DNA from: Paraspadella gotoi
Taxonomy: Eukaryota; Animalia; Chaetognatha
Length of the DNA stretch: 7,170 bases
NCBI GenBank assembly: GCA_051294375.1
Contig: JBJCIZ010000007.1
Coordinates: forward strand, 31,120-38,289
Reading direction: 5' to 3'
A program made the position numbers and the translations under genes. Position 1 is the first letter of the stretch. Every line of letters begins with the position of its first letter. Positions 6,426-7,170 of the stretch are shown here, piece by piece. Under the pieces are notes generated by a model. It searched no databases. It saw only the letters and a list, made by a program, of their open reading frames with translations, and was not told the origin of the DNA.

Positions 6426-6820
6426 NNNNNNNNNNNNNNNNNNNNNNNNNNNNNNNNNNNNNNNNNNNNNNNNNNNNNNNNNNNNNNNNNNNNNNNNNNN
6501 NNNNNNNNNNNNNNNNNNNNNNNNNNNNNNNNNNNNNNNNNNNNNNNNNNNNNNNNCTCTATACTCAACGAAGCCGAAAGGATTAACACAATAACTAAAA
6601 CCCTATAATAATTAATAATTTTTAGAAAATTGAAAAGCTTTATCCCTAAGCTATCTCCTGGTATAATTTTTTTTCAAAGTATTTTTATTAATGGGCAAAC
6701 AATAATTTTTTCTTAAAAGATGTATCGCTCATACAATTTTGCTGATTATTCTTTCCCTGCATACAAGTGTAATTCTTATCTATGGTTATACTACTGAACC
6801 GTTTTTATGTATTTTAATAC

Positions 6821-6998
6821 CACGGTTGAGGAGCTGGCCATTTTTTCTCCAGCTCAAGCTGCAACTCCAGCTCTGGCCCAAAAATTTTTTCAGCTCCAGC
6901 TCCAACTCCGGCTCCATCCTATATTTTTTTTCAGCTCCAACTCCAGCTCCAGCTCCAATAAAAATTTTGAGACAGCTCCCGCTCCCAGCTCCGACCCT
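6821..6998. mobile_element. MITE-like non-autonomous element with internal CAGCTC/CAACTC hexamer arrays
   Basis: Imperfect terminal inverted repeats CACGGTTGAGGAGCTGG (6821-6837) and CCAGCTCCGACCCT (6985-6998); inside are about four ~40-nt units, each an A/T run followed by (CAGCTC/CAACTC/CGGCTC)n. No target-site duplication recognised. Confidence 0.6.
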
Positions 6999-7170
6999 TT
7001 AAAGTTTAATGTTTAATGTTGCTTGTATTTAAATCGGTACCAATTTTATTAATTTACTTATTTATAACTTATTTATTTGCTTATATTTAAATAAATATTA
7101 ATTTTATTAATTCATGTAAAAAACCATTTCATAATTTATTTATTAATAATAATTATGTATTTTTTAATAT

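Noticed and set aside
6562-6590. CTCAACGAAGCCGAAAGG resembling a hammerhead stem II with GAAA loop
   Set aside because: Lacks CTGA and the downstream CGAAA; cannot be supported as the mirror hammerhead.
6739-7016. ORFs with QLQLQL and PAPAP repeats
   Set aside because: Translations of the CAGCTC hexamer array.
1-7170. CRISPR array, tRNA, rRNA or prokaryotic operon structure
   Set aside because: No regularly spaced repeat-spacer array, cloverleaf or rRNA motif noticed; low coding density and microsatellites indicate eukaryotic DNA.

Overview
AT-rich, repeat-dense eukaryotic DNA (probably an invertebrate animal; species not determinable) with four N blocks and no intact recognisable gene. Most ORF-track entries look like antisense shadows, low-complexity frames or N read-through. 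In order, the window holds: the 3' end of a BEL/Pao-type Gag frame (zinc-knuckle C-x3-HH-x2-LH, 1-240); a possible decayed F-box exon (422-564); a diverged local duplication; a decayed minus-strand coding-like frame (1343-2059); an LTR-retrotransposon 3' end (hairpin, T-run, polypurine tract, then a 378-bp TGTAA...TTACA LTR with GC box, TATA and AATAAA, 4025-4439); a ~100-nt nested palindrome next to CCCTAA telomere-type repeats (4840-5053); a minus-strand minimal hammerhead ribozyme motif of the Penelope-like-element type with a damaged cleavage site (5659-5704), lying beside a ~130-bp diverged inverted duplication (5947-6078 vs 6295-6425); and a CAGCTC-repeat MITE-like element (6821-6998). 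The hammerhead/inverted-repeat unit and the palindrome/telomere-repeat module most deserve follow-up. All calls come from manual reading; no database searches or folding programs were run.
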